This document shows positions 20,522 through 30,045 of a stretch of 64,000 nucleotides of DNA, piece by piece. The stretch's first letter is position 1. Each line of letters starts with the position of its first letter. The position numbers and the translations under genes are program-made. The notes under the pieces are model-generated. The model was given only the letters and a program-made list of their open reading frames with translations, made no database searches and was not told where the DNA came from. Origin of the DNA: Armatimonadota bacterium (GTDB lineage Bacteria > Armatimonadota > UBA5829 > DSUL01); assembly GCA_039811685.1 (NCBI GenBank), contig JBDHZC010000001.1, positions 448,001-512,000 of the forward strand, in the 5' to 3' direction.

Positions 20522-21745
20522 GTGAGCTTCCAGGGCGCAGATTTGCAGGCACTCGCAGAGGCTCAGCAGGCCACCGATACCCTCACCCGTTCGGATGAGC
20601 CAGTTGAGCCCGCCTCCGTAGAAGAAGCTCCCGCACAAGCGGCGCGTGAAGAGCAGTCAACTATGGGCAAGTCACCGCGTCTGATCTCATTGGATGCGTT
20701 CCGCGGTTTCACAATCCTCGGGATGTTGCTTGTCAACAATGTCGGACTCAGCGATCTAACTCCACGACAACTTACACACGCAGACTGGACCGGGCGGGTG
20801 CACTTTGCTGATTTCATCTTTCCCTGGTTTCTTTTCATTGTTGGGGTCGCGCTACCCTGGGCCTCCCTCTCGGCGAAGCGGCGAGGTGTGAGGGGTTGGC
20901 GCTACGCACACAGAGTGGTAAGTCGCACAGCGGTGTTATTTCTCCTGGGGTGCCTTATCCACTCTGCTATCGCGCGCCAGCCCGTGATAGATCTGGGCGT
21001 GCTTCAGCTCATTGGTCTGGCGTACTGTGCAGGCGCATTCCTTCTCGAGCTTCCGTGGGTAATGTGGCTGCCGGTGGCCGCAGGGCTGCTGACGGCGCAC
21101 TGGGCGCTACTCAAGTTCTTGTCCGTTCCGGGGTACGGCGCCGGAACGGTGACGGAGGAAGTGAATGCTGTACGCTATCTGAATGACCGGTTTCTCGCGG
21201 CCTTTCATCTTCGCGGCTTGCTGTCTGTGATCCCGACAACGGCTATGGTCCTGATAGGCGCAAGCGTTGGAAAGTTGCTTGCAGCCCCGGGTCAAGGCCA
21301 TGCAAGAAAAGCAATCCTGACGGCCGTCGCCGGAGTGTTTCTGGCGCTGGCTGGGCTCCTCTGGAGTGTTGACTTGCCAATGAGCAAACCTCTGTGGACA
21401 GCGCCCTATATTCTCTACACAGCCGGATGGGGCGCGGTTATACTGGCGCTGATGTATTGCGCCGTGGATTGGGCAGGCTGGCGGTGGATAGCGTTTCCAT
21501 TCACAGTTGCGGGAGTAAATGCTATTTTCGCTTACGTAGCGCCCATTCTTGTAAAGGTCATGGTGCTGCAGACGTGGAAGTGGCCTCTTGATCCCGCAAT
21601 AACACTGGAGCATGGTCTTCAGAGCCAGTGCGCTGCGGTTGCGGGAGGAATCTGGGGCGCGTGGCTTTATACATTCGGCTACATCGCATGCTGGTGGCTG
21701 ATTCTGTTGTATCTGTATCAAAAAAAGATCTACATTCGCGCCTGA
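20522..21745 (+). CDS. HGSNAT/NagX-like (DUF5009) membrane acyltransferase
   Basis: RLISLDAFRG, ADFIFPWFLFIVG, GVLQLIG, SKPLWT; many TM helices. Confidence 0.88.
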   Translation: MSFQGADLQALAEAQQATDTLTRSDEPVEPASVEEAPAQAAREEQSTMGKSPRLISLDAFRGFTILGMLLVNNVGLSDLTPRQLTHADWTGRVHFADFIFPWFLFIVGVALPWASLSAKRRGVRGWRYAHRVVSRTAVLFLLGCLIHSAIARQPVIDLGVLQLIGLAYCAGAFLLELPWVMWLPVAAGLLTAHWALLKFLSVPGYGAGTVTEEVNAVRYLNDRFLAAFHLRGLLSVIPTTAMVLIGASVGKLLAAPGQGHARKAILTAVAGVFLALAGLLWSVDLPMSKPLWTAPYILYTAGWGAVILALMYCAVDWAGWRWIAFPFTVAGVNAIFAYVAPILVKVMVLQTWKWPLDPAITLEHGLQSQCAAVAGGIWGAWLYTFGYIACWWLILLYLYQKKIYIRA

Positions 21746-21769
21746 TCGCTGCGTAACTGAATATCTACA

Positions 21770-22711
21770 GTGAACATTTTGCGCTCATTCTCTATTTTGG
21801 ACAGGCTCCTGGCTGTCTCAGCGTCTATGGCCCTGGCGGTTTCACTTGCGACATCCGCAAACCCGCGCTCCGTATCTGCAACACCGTCCGGAAGCACTCA
21901 AGTGTCCCCAAATAAGCTAACCGGTGTTCAGGCCATGGCCATACTTCGAGCAGATCGAGATCCAGTCTGGCAGCGGGCGCGGGCAGAAGTCTATCGAAGT
22001 GTGGAGGATTTGCTTGCTCAGCAGAGGCTGCAGGTTGGCAACGAGTTGCGCTGCCCCACTATCATGCGTGGAGACACTCGCAAACCGCAGATTGCACTGA
22101 CTTTTGACGATGGGCCTCACCCCGGGTACACATATCAGATTTTGCGCATTCTGCGACAGGAGAACGTCAAGGCGACTTTCTTTGTCGTGGGCGAACAGGC
22201 AGAGCGTTACCCGGACCTGGTGCGCGATCAGATTCGAGGTGAGCACTGCGTCGGAAACCACACTTATCACCACGTCAGTCTGACGAAAATTCCCGAACTG
22301 TATGTCGCTGACGAAATCAAAGCTTGCGGGGATGTCCTGCGCCATATCACTGGCAGAGCTCCGCACCTGTTTCGTCCGCCTGGTGGTGACTACAATGCAA
22401 GGGTCACTGACGCAGCGCGTGCTCTTGGTTACACAATGGTCCTCTGGTCTGACGATCCCGGAGACTACGCCAGTCCCGGCGCATTCAAGATTGCCCAGCG
22501 TACCCTGCGGTGTGCGGGAAATGGCGGGATACTCCTTCTTCACGACGGTATCCAGCAGACAGTAGATATCCTGCCATCACTCATTGACACTCTGCGCAAG
22601 CGCGGGTACGAGTTTGTCACAGTAGATCAGATGCTGGGACGCTCGCGCGGCCGAGTCAACATGCGAACGGACCCGATCCCACCTGCCCCAACAGCGCATC
22701 CCTTTCGGTAG
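21770..22711 (+). CDS. Secreted CE4 polysaccharide deacetylase
   Basis: All five NodB motifs: TFDDGP, NHTYHH, FRPPGG, DPGDY, LLHDG. Confidence 0.93.
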   Translation: MNILRSFSILDRLLAVSASMALAVSLATSANPRSVSATPSGSTQVSPNKLTGVQAMAILRADRDPVWQRARAEVYRSVEDLLAQQRLQVGNELRCPTIMRGDTRKPQIALTFDDGPHPGYTYQILRILRQENVKATFFVVGEQAERYPDLVRDQIRGEHCVGNHTYHHVSLTKIPELYVADEIKACGDVLRHITGRAPHLFRPPGGDYNARVTDAARALGYTMVLWSDDPGDYASPGAFKIAQRTLRCAGNGGILLLHDGIQQTVDILPSLIDTLRKRGYEFVTVDQMLGRSRGRVNMRTDPIPPAPTAHPFR

Positions 22712-22760
22712 GTAACAGGCAGGAAACTTCGTCAAAAACTGGAAAGCCGCTAACAATAAC

Positions 22761-22866
22761 TACGAAAGTGTATGGCGTAGTACTTTCGTACGGGTTGTAC
22801 ATAGTACTTGTGACTTATATGCACGTTGCCCAGATCAGGAATAAGCTATAGGCCACGGAATAGAAT
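22761..22866 (+). promoter_or_regulatory. AT-rich operator/promoter of the corrinoid operon
   Basis: Inverted repeat TACGAAAGT (22761-22769) / ACTTTCGTA (22782-22790); direct repeat TAGTACTT at 22778 and 22802; TAGAAT at 22861. Confidence 0.5.
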
Positions 22867-22962
22867 CTTAAGGAATTTTAACGATGGGCGCCGAAACTCC
22901 AATTCGGAACCGGCAGAAGGCCGTCGGCGAACCGGTCTGTGTACCGAAAGGAAGATACTAGT

Positions 22963-23595
22963 ATGGATCTGCAGCCTCTCTACGACTCAGTTCTGATAGG
23001 CGACGCAAAGACAACCAGATCGATTGTTGAACAGGCATTGGCTGAAGGCGTCGGCCCGCAACAACTTCTGGATGATTATATGATTCCTGCTATGGACGAA
23101 GTGGGCCGGCGATTCGAGGCTAACGAGTACTTTGTCCCTGAGCTGTTGATCTCCGCCAGAGCCATGAAGGGAGCGCTGGAGATACTGCGTCCCCTCCTGG
23201 CGGACTCGGGATCACAAACTATTGGAAGGGTGATTGTCGGGACTGTTCGAGGCGACTTGCACGATATCGGCAAGAACCTTGTAGCTGCCATGCTTGAAGG
23301 GGGCGGATTTGAAGTCGTGGACCTGGGCGTGGATGTCCCTCCCGAAAAGTTTATTGAAAGTATTGGCGAGACAAACGCCGACATCATCGCTATGTCTGCG
23401 CTGCTGACAACCACTATGCCGGGAATGAAGACGACCATTGAGGCACTGGAATCCGCTGGGATTCGGAACAATGTCAAAGTTATCATTGGCGGAGCTCCTG
23501 TCACGCAGCGCTACGCAGATGAGATAGGAGCCGACGGCTTCAGCGATAACGCCAGCGCCGCGGTGCGGTTGTGCCGCGACCTCGTGAACGCTTAG
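22963..23595 (+). CDS. Methyltransferase cognate corrinoid (B12-binding) protein
   Basis: Cap domain (M..VG..FE..EYFVPEL); GDLHDIGKN base-off/His-on motif; SALLTTT; IIGGAP. Confidence 0.96.
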   Translation: MDLQPLYDSVLIGDAKTTRSIVEQALAEGVGPQQLLDDYMIPAMDEVGRRFEANEYFVPELLISARAMKGALEILRPLLADSGSQTIGRVIVGTVRGDLHDIGKNLVAAMLEGGGFEVVDLGVDVPPEKFIESIGETNADIIAMSALLTTTMPGMKTTIEALESAGIRNNVKVIIGGAPVTQRYADEIGADGFSDNASAAVRLCRDLVNA

Positions 23596-23833
23596 CGACC
23601 GTCGCGGTCGAACAGCCGGGATCGGGAGGACTTCAGAGTTCACAGTTGCCGCGAGTGCCCTTTTCATCTCTGAGCAACCGGTGAAGAAACTGTGCCCCCG
23701 GTCAATTCTGCATTGACGTCAAAGGCAGCAACAGACCGGGCCTTAATGGAAGGCGGTAGAATCCGTAGCTCGCATTTGTGGTTTCTAGAATATCTCAACG
23801 ACGAGAGCTTTTTTCATTCAACGAGGTTTGCCC

Positions 23834-24811
23834 ATGACACCCAGACAGCGACTGATTGCCGCCCTGCGATTCGAACCCGGTGAAGGCTGTGTGCCTCACA
23901 TCGGGATGGACTTTCGCCTTCCGGAAATTGTCTACGGAGAGCAGCCACTTTGCACTGCAGACTATGAAGCACTCCCCCGGCATCTGAGAAGACATAGTCT
24001 TGCGCGGAACGCGGACTTGTGGATACGCATCGCTCGCCGGTTTGGAATGTGCGCGATCACCGGCACACAGTGGCTCCCGGTAGAAGCCCAGCTTGAATCG
24101 TTTCAATTCATTCGCGAGTTAGCCGATGAGACATTCATGGTTGGCGCGTTCGTTGAGGACATGCAGCAGCTTACAACGCCCGGGAGGCTGAGCGCGTTCG
24201 CGCAACGCATAGCGGATGACGAGACCGCATTAGTGGCAGAGCTGGACGCCTCTTGCACGCAGAGTATAGAGAACATTCGCGAACTCGTAGAAGGCGGCGC
24301 CGAGATAATTCTGATGAGTACAATGAATCTCTCTTCTGACGGGTTGCATCTGAGCCGTCAGGACTTCCAGCGCTTCGTACAACCGTACATCAAAAGGCAG
24401 GTAGACGCCGTTCACGAGGCGGGAGCGTATGCGCTCAAGCGAGTGTCCGGCAACGCTGCCCCGGTCGCGGATCTTTTCAGTGAGTGCGGGCTCGATGCGC
24501 TGCACGTGCTTGACCGCGAAACAGTATCTGACGTCAAGGCCACGTGCGCAAGGGCCAACAAACGGCTCTGTCTGGTGACGAATGTTGAGGCGGCTGTATT
24601 GAAACGGGCAGACTCAGGAGAAATCCAGGACGCCGTCCGTTCGTGCCTGGACACCGGACCGACCGACGGAACAGGCTACGTGTTCTCATCCTACGGATGC
24701 CTTGAGCAGCCGGTGCAGCTTTCCAGCTATCTGAAGATGCTGGATGTAAAGGCTTCCTGGGAACAGGAGAGATTGAAGAGCGGCAACAATCAGACTGTAA
24801 CCCTTCAATAA
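23834..24811 (+). CDS. URO-D/MtaA-fold methyltransferase-like protein 1 (degenerate metal site)
   Basis: MTPRQRLIAAL start; URO-D C-terminal pattern (GYVFSS..C); HxC position reads RVS. Confidence 0.75.
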   Translation: MTPRQRLIAALRFEPGEGCVPHIGMDFRLPEIVYGEQPLCTADYEALPRHLRRHSLARNADLWIRIARRFGMCAITGTQWLPVEAQLESFQFIRELADETFMVGAFVEDMQQLTTPGRLSAFAQRIADDETALVAELDASCTQSIENIRELVEGGAEIILMSTMNLSSDGLHLSRQDFQRFVQPYIKRQVDAVHEAGAYALKRVSGNAAPVADLFSECGLDALHVLDRETVSDVKATCARANKRLCLVTNVEAAVLKRADSGEIQDAVRSCLDTGPTDGTGYVFSSYGCLEQPVQLSSYLKMLDVKASWEQERLKSGNNQTVTLQ

Positions 24812-26034
24812 TGACAGTATTTCCGCTGCCCACGGACTATCTTCTCTCGTTTCCCTTTGAAGAGCACAATGCGGAAATTCAGGAAATGTGGTCGGCGTTT
24901 CGCGCAGGCAATCCTCTTCGCACCCCTATTATTCTAGGACTCAACGCCCGGTACTTTCTACTGAACCCGAGCCTGAACCAGCGACAGGTGACCTTTCGCC
25001 GCTATAGCGAAAACCCTCACGTCATGTTCGATCTGCAACTCGAATTCCAGCGCTGGAGCAAGTTCAATCTGGTTCAGGACACGGAACTTGGCCTTCCGGA
25101 GAAGTGGAAAGTCTGGGTTGATCTGCAAAACTATTATGATGCGACGTGGCTGGGATGTGAGCTTGAGTATCCAGATGACGAAGTCCCGGACGTTCGTCCG
25201 GCATTTTCAGATTGCCCCGAAAAGCTGATGGAGAGAGGACTTCCGGATCCGTTCGGAGGAACGATGGCGGACGGCCTTCGGTACTGGGAACGCTTCAAAG
25301 AACGCGCAGAGAAGGAAGTTTTTTTTGGTCGGCCAATCGAGGTGGCCGAACCGTCCTTTGGCACTGGCATGGACGGAGTGTTTACGGTCGCTTGTTGCTT
25401 GATTGGACCGGAAACAGTCTGCGAAATGCTTCTGTGTGACACTGAGCGCATTCATCAAATTTTCGGCTTCATTGCGGAAGCGTTAGTGGCCAAAGTCAAA
25501 GCGTGGAGGCAAAAGTGTGATCTCCCCTACCCTGTGGACGGTTTCTCCACAGGCAATGACTGCCTCGCATTGATCTCTGCAAGAACGTACCGCGAGCACA
25601 TACTACCCTACGATCGTCTCATCTATGACACGTTTGCGACAGAGAAAAATCGGACCCTTCATCTGTGCGGCGACGCAGGGCATCTCTTTCAGACGCTGAA
25701 CACAGAGCTTGGTATCACAACCTTCGACACGGGCTTTCCGGTGGACTTTGCGGCTCTCAGGCGAACTCTCGGACCGGAGGTAACCATTCAGGGCGGCCCT
25801 CACATAGAGATGCTGCGATCATCGTCAATGGAAGAGGTGGCAACCGAAACCCGCCGGATACTTGAGAGTGGGGTGTTGGAGGGCGGTAGATTCGTACTGA
25901 GAGAGGGCAACAATCTGGCGCCGCTGACACCGCCGGAAAATGTGGCGGCTATGTATGGCGCTGGTCGCAGGTTTGGATTCTGCCGCGACGGATATCACCG
26001 GTGGAATCCTGTAGATCGAAAGAGGTTGAACTGA
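24811..26034 (+). CDS. URO-D/MtaA-fold methyltransferase-like protein 2
   Basis: LISARTYREHILPY, HLCG, IQGG, GRFVLREGNN; TAATG coupling to the previous gene. Confidence 0.85.
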   Translation: MTVFPLPTDYLLSFPFEEHNAEIQEMWSAFRAGNPLRTPIILGLNARYFLLNPSLNQRQVTFRRYSENPHVMFDLQLEFQRWSKFNLVQDTELGLPEKWKVWVDLQNYYDATWLGCELEYPDDEVPDVRPAFSDCPEKLMERGLPDPFGGTMADGLRYWERFKERAEKEVFFGRPIEVAEPSFGTGMDGVFTVACCLIGPETVCEMLLCDTERIHQIFGFIAEALVAKVKAWRQKCDLPYPVDGFSTGNDCLALISARTYREHILPYDRLIYDTFATEKNRTLHLCGDAGHLFQTLNTELGITTFDTGFPVDFAALRRTLGPEVTIQGGPHIEMLRSSSMEEVATETRRILESGVLEGGRFVLREGNNLAPLTPPENVAAMYGAGRRFGFCRDGYHRWNPVDRKRLN

Positions 26035-27203
26035 TGAATGCTCGCGAGCGCTTCAACGCGACAATGCACTACCTTCCGCGAGACAGAAGTCCGATCATGG
26101 ATTTTGGGTTTTGGAGTGAAACGCTTGTGACCTGGGAGCGCTACGGCTTGCCGCCCGGGACGGATACGGATGCGTTCTTCGGCATGGACCCTCAGTGGAT
26201 TGTGGCGCCAATCAACAGCCATTTGTACCCTGCTTTTGAGCATGTTGTTCTTGAGGATCGGGGAGAGACGGAAATTGTTCGAGATGGTGACGGGGTTACC
26301 AAAGAACAGGGAAAGTTTCTTGGTTCTATTCCAAGGCACATGGACCACGTTCTCAAGGATCGAGAAAGTTGGGAGAAAGAGTTCAGGTGGAGACTGGATG
26401 GGAGGCAACCTGAAAGGTATCCGCACGACTGGGCGTCTATACAACAACGCTTTCAAGATCCACAGCGAGATTATCCGATAGGAATTAACGCAGGCTCTCT
26501 ATATGGCTGGTTGCGCAACTGGATGGGACTGGAAGCCATCTCTATGCTGGTCTACGATGACCCTGCCCTCTTTGAAGAGATGGTTGAGGTGGTTACGGAC
26601 TGCATCATTGACAGCATGTCCCCAGCATTGGAGAGCGGCATTCAGTTTGACTATGCGCTGATGTGGGAGGACATGTGCTATCGCGCGGGCCCGCTTCTCT
26701 CCCCTGCGGTATTCAAACGGGTACTCGTGCCCAACTTCAAACGTATCACCGACACCCTGGCACGCTTCGGCGTTGATGTTGTCATCACGGACTGCGACGG
26801 TGAGATCACCCAGCTACTGCCGCTCTGGCTCGAGAGTGGCGTAAACTGCATGTTTCCTCTGGAAGTAGGCGCATGGGGCGCAGACCCTGTCGAGTTTAGA
26901 AAAAAGTATGGGCGAGACTTGCTGATGATGGGTGGCGTTGGAAAGCGTGTGCTGGCGGGACCAAAAGAGCAGATTCGGGCAGAGGTCGAGAGACTCGCAC
27001 CCCTGGTTGAAGACGGCGGCTATATTCCCACACCTGATCACCGTGTCCCGCCAGATGTGCCACTGGACAACTACATCTACTATCTTGATACAGCCAAAGA
27101 GATATGGGGCAAAGGTCTGCCGAACCTGCTACCGACGGCGCCGCAGGGGCTCGAGCTTCCCAAAGCTGACCCCGACAGGTATTCCTGGCATCTAGGCGAC
27201 TGA
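26034..27203 (+). CDS. URO-D/MtaA-fold methyltransferase-like protein 3
   Basis: MNARERF, WEDMCY, DCDG, GGYIPTPDH; TGATG coupling. Confidence 0.88.
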   Translation: MNARERFNATMHYLPRDRSPIMDFGFWSETLVTWERYGLPPGTDTDAFFGMDPQWIVAPINSHLYPAFEHVVLEDRGETEIVRDGDGVTKEQGKFLGSIPRHMDHVLKDRESWEKEFRWRLDGRQPERYPHDWASIQQRFQDPQRDYPIGINAGSLYGWLRNWMGLEAISMLVYDDPALFEEMVEVVTDCIIDSMSPALESGIQFDYALMWEDMCYRAGPLLSPAVFKRVLVPNFKRITDTLARFGVDVVITDCDGEITQLLPLWLESGVNCMFPLEVGAWGADPVEFRKKYGRDLLMMGGVGKRVLAGPKEQIRAEVERLAPLVEDGGYIPTPDHRVPPDVPLDNYIYYLDTAKEIWGKGLPNLLPTAPQGLELPKADPDRYSWHLGD

Positions 27204-27278
27204 AGCGATAGCAAGGCACAGCAATTCAGTTAGCAGGATGATGGCACAATACTGTTTGATTTTGAAAGTGGGAGAAGT

Positions 27279-28313
27279 ATGAACGGAAGAGAGCGCTTTT
27301 TTGCGCATCTGCGGGGAGAGGCGGTCGATCATCTGCCCTGTCTGCCGATTACGATGCAGTTTGCGGCAGACCTGATCGGCGTTCCCTACAAGGAATACGC
27401 TACAGACTACAGGGCTCTGGTGCGCGGGCAGATCGCAGTGGCTGAAACATTTGGGCTTGACTACGTGAATACCATGTCCGACCCGGCTTGTGAAGCTGCA
27501 GACTGCGGAGCGAAGATTACCTTTCACCCAGATCAGCCCCCTGCGGTGAATGAGTCCGAGTCACTGCTGATGGACAAAGAGACACTCGTACACCTCAAGC
27601 AGCCAGACCCCAGCTCGACAGAGCGCATGAGCAACCGCTTGAAGGCCCTGTCTTTCTATAAGGAGCAGGTTGGCGGGCAGCTTATGATTGAAGGCTGGAT
27701 TGAAGGTCCGTTAGCGGAAGCCGCTGATCTGCGTGGAATCAACAGAGTCATGCTCGACTTCCTTGACGACCCGTCATTTGTGCGTGACCTCTTCGAATTT
27801 GTCCTTGAGATGGAGCTCCGCTTTGCGAAGGCTCAGGTAGATTCCGGAGCAGAGCAGATCGGAATTGGGGATGCCGCGGCCTCTCTGGTCGGCCCCAAAA
27901 TCTATAAAGAGTTCGTGTGGCCTTATCAGAAGCGAATGGTGGATGCGCTCCACGAGATGGGAGTGAGCGTTCGTCTTCACATCTGTGGCAACACCAGCAA
28001 GATACTTGAAGGAATGGGCAAGCTGGGGTGTGACATCGTAGAGCTGGATTCACTGGTGTCAATGGCCGATGCGCGCGAGACGATGGGCGCTGAGCAGATA
28101 CTGCTTGGGAACATTGATCCCGTGCGCGTCGTGCGTAATACAAACCCAGATACGGTGCGCGAGGCGCTGGAAGAGAGCCACCGCGAAGCGGGCCATCGCT
28201 ATATGGTGGGCGCGGGCTGCGAAGTGCCCAGGGATACACCAAAGGAGAATATGCAGGCTATCGTTGACTATGCCCGGCAACACTCGCCGGACCGCTGGGA
28301 GGAGTCCAGGTGA
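27279..28313 (+). CDS. MtaA/CmuA-family methyltransferase (URO-D fold) 4
   Basis: Complete Zn-ligand set HICG...GAGCE; GNIDP. Confidence 0.9.
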   Translation: MNGRERFFAHLRGEAVDHLPCLPITMQFAADLIGVPYKEYATDYRALVRGQIAVAETFGLDYVNTMSDPACEAADCGAKITFHPDQPPAVNESESLLMDKETLVHLKQPDPSSTERMSNRLKALSFYKEQVGGQLMIEGWIEGPLAEAADLRGINRVMLDFLDDPSFVRDLFEFVLEMELRFAKAQVDSGAEQIGIGDAAASLVGPKIYKEFVWPYQKRMVDALHEMGVSVRLHICGNTSKILEGMGKLGCDIVELDSLVSMADARETMGAEQILLGNIDPVRVVRNTNPDTVREALEESHREAGHRYMVGAGCEVPRDTPKENMQAIVDYARQHSPDRWEESR

Positions 28314-29848
28314 GCGACAAGAGGACCCACCGTATCCGGCTTCAGCCGATCGGAGTAGAGATTGAGGCGGAGCACGGAGCGCCGCTAAGGGACTTTTTGT
28401 TTGAGCAGGGAGTTGAGTTCCCGTGCGGCGGACAGGCGCGCTGCCGTGGTTGCAGAGTGCTGGTTCACGAAGGAAACGTGACAGCGACACCTGCCCAATG
28501 CGCCAAGTTGTCTGAGGCGGAGATTGAGGCGGGATGGCGTCTGAGTTGCCAGTGCAACGTCGAAGACGACCTGGTTATAGAGCTGCGCCAGTGGGATGCC
28601 GCAATACTGGCAAATGATACAGCATTCACGTTTACACCGCAGGATGGTCTTGGAGTCGCTGTGGATATCGGCACGACCACAATGGTGGCGCAGCTTCTCG
28701 ACATGAGCACGGGACACGTTCTTGGTGTGAGGACGGCGCTGAACTCGCAGGCTCGCTTTGGGGCAGATATTATGAGCCGGGTTCACTACTCGGTAGCGGG
28801 CGGCGGACAGGAGCAGCTTACAACGTCCGTCCGGGTGCAAATAAGCGGGCTTATTCAGGGGCTGCTGACTAAAGCGGAAGTGGAAGACACAGATCTTCGC
28901 CGCGTTGTCCTGGTCGGCAACAGCGTGATGCACCACCTCTTCTGTGGCATTGATCTCGAGCCACTCTCTCACGTGCCCTTCGAGCCTGTGGACGACGGAC
29001 TTCAGACATTCAGCGGACGCGACCTGGGCTGGAAAATCGCTCAAGACACCAAGGTGGAGTTTTTGCCTTGTCTGGGTGGATTTGTTGGCAGCGATATACT
29101 GGCGGGCATTCTGGCTACGGGCGTAGCTGACAGCTCAAAGCTCGTGGGCCTCGTGGATATAGGCACAAATGGCGAAATCGTGTTTGGAACGCGGGACCGC
29201 CTGATCTGCGCATCCGCGGCCGCGGGGCCGGCGTTCGAAGGCGCTCTCATCTCAGTAGGCATGCGGGCGGCGTCCGGAGCTATCTGGCGCGTATCGAGCA
29301 ATGGGCACGGCATGCAATGCGAAGTGCTTGGCGACGAGGAAGCTCGCGGGATATGTGGCAGCGGTCTGGTGGACGCAGTGGCTGTCGGTCTGGATGTTGG
29401 GCGGGTGCTCCCTTCTGGTCGGCTCGCGGACGGAAGCAGCACCCTTGGTCTCACTGAACACGTAGCGCTAACGCAGACGGACATTCGCCAGCTTCAGCTT
29501 GCAAAGGGCGCAATTGCTGCTGGAATCAGGATTGTCCTGAAGGATCTCGGGGCGGATCTGTCAGACGTCGAGCAGATCTTTCTTGCTGGGGCTTTTGGCA
29601 ACTATGTGAGTCACCAAAGCGCGCGGCGCATTGGTCTGGTCAACTTCCCTGATGAGAAGATTGAAGCCTCTGGTAACACAGCTCTTCTCGGCGCCAAACT
29701 GGCGCTGTTCAATCAGGGTGACAACAGCTATTCAGAAATCCTGAACAAGATTGAACATATCACGCTCAGCAGCGATATGGAGTTTCAGGAGATCTATGTG
29801 GATGAGATGAGCTTTCCGTCAGACGCAGTTGAACGTGCGACGACGTAG
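28310..29848 (+). CDS. ATP-dependent reductive activator of corrinoid proteins (RACo/DUF4445, 2Fe-2S + ASKHA)
   Basis: CGG..RC..C...RLSC ferredoxin; DIGTTT, DIGTNGE, AAGPAFEG, GICGSG, LAGAFG. Confidence 0.93.
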   Translation: MSDKRTHRIRLQPIGVEIEAEHGAPLRDFLFEQGVEFPCGGQARCRGCRVLVHEGNVTATPAQCAKLSEAEIEAGWRLSCQCNVEDDLVIELRQWDAAILANDTAFTFTPQDGLGVAVDIGTTTMVAQLLDMSTGHVLGVRTALNSQARFGADIMSRVHYSVAGGGQEQLTTSVRVQISGLIQGLLTKAEVEDTDLRRVVLVGNSVMHHLFCGIDLEPLSHVPFEPVDDGLQTFSGRDLGWKIAQDTKVEFLPCLGGFVGSDILAGILATGVADSSKLVGLVDIGTNGEIVFGTRDRLICASAAAGPAFEGALISVGMRAASGAIWRVSSNGHGMQCEVLGDEEARGICGSGLVDAVAVGLDVGRVLPSGRLADGSSTLGLTEHVALTQTDIRQLQLAKGAIAAGIRIVLKDLGADLSDVEQIFLAGAFGNYVSHQSARRIGLVNFPDEKIEASGNTALLGAKLALFNQGDNSYSEILNKIEHITLSSDMEFQEIYVDEMSFPSDAVERATT

Positions 29849-30045
29849 CGCGGGCATGCCGTCTTCAACAGGGGTCTGTGTGTCACTGGCGACGAGGCTC
29901 CACCTCCACTGATCCACTTTCAAAGCCCCGCCGTTGCCTTGCTGGCGTGCCAATGCCGATGACACGTGCGTCGCATTGCGGAGAAGGGTTCAGGCGAGAG
30001 GCGGGTGAACACAGTACCACTCCACCGCAACGAGGGTAGACTGCA

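Noticed and set aside
22712..23833. Cobalamin riboswitch or pyrrolysine readthrough in the corrinoid operon
   Set aside because: No B12-box consensus recognised; the ORFs are full length without in-frame TAG
23834..28313. Genuine hemE (heme biosynthesis) genes
   Set aside because: They lack the HemE RQAGR motif and sit with a corrinoid protein and RACo
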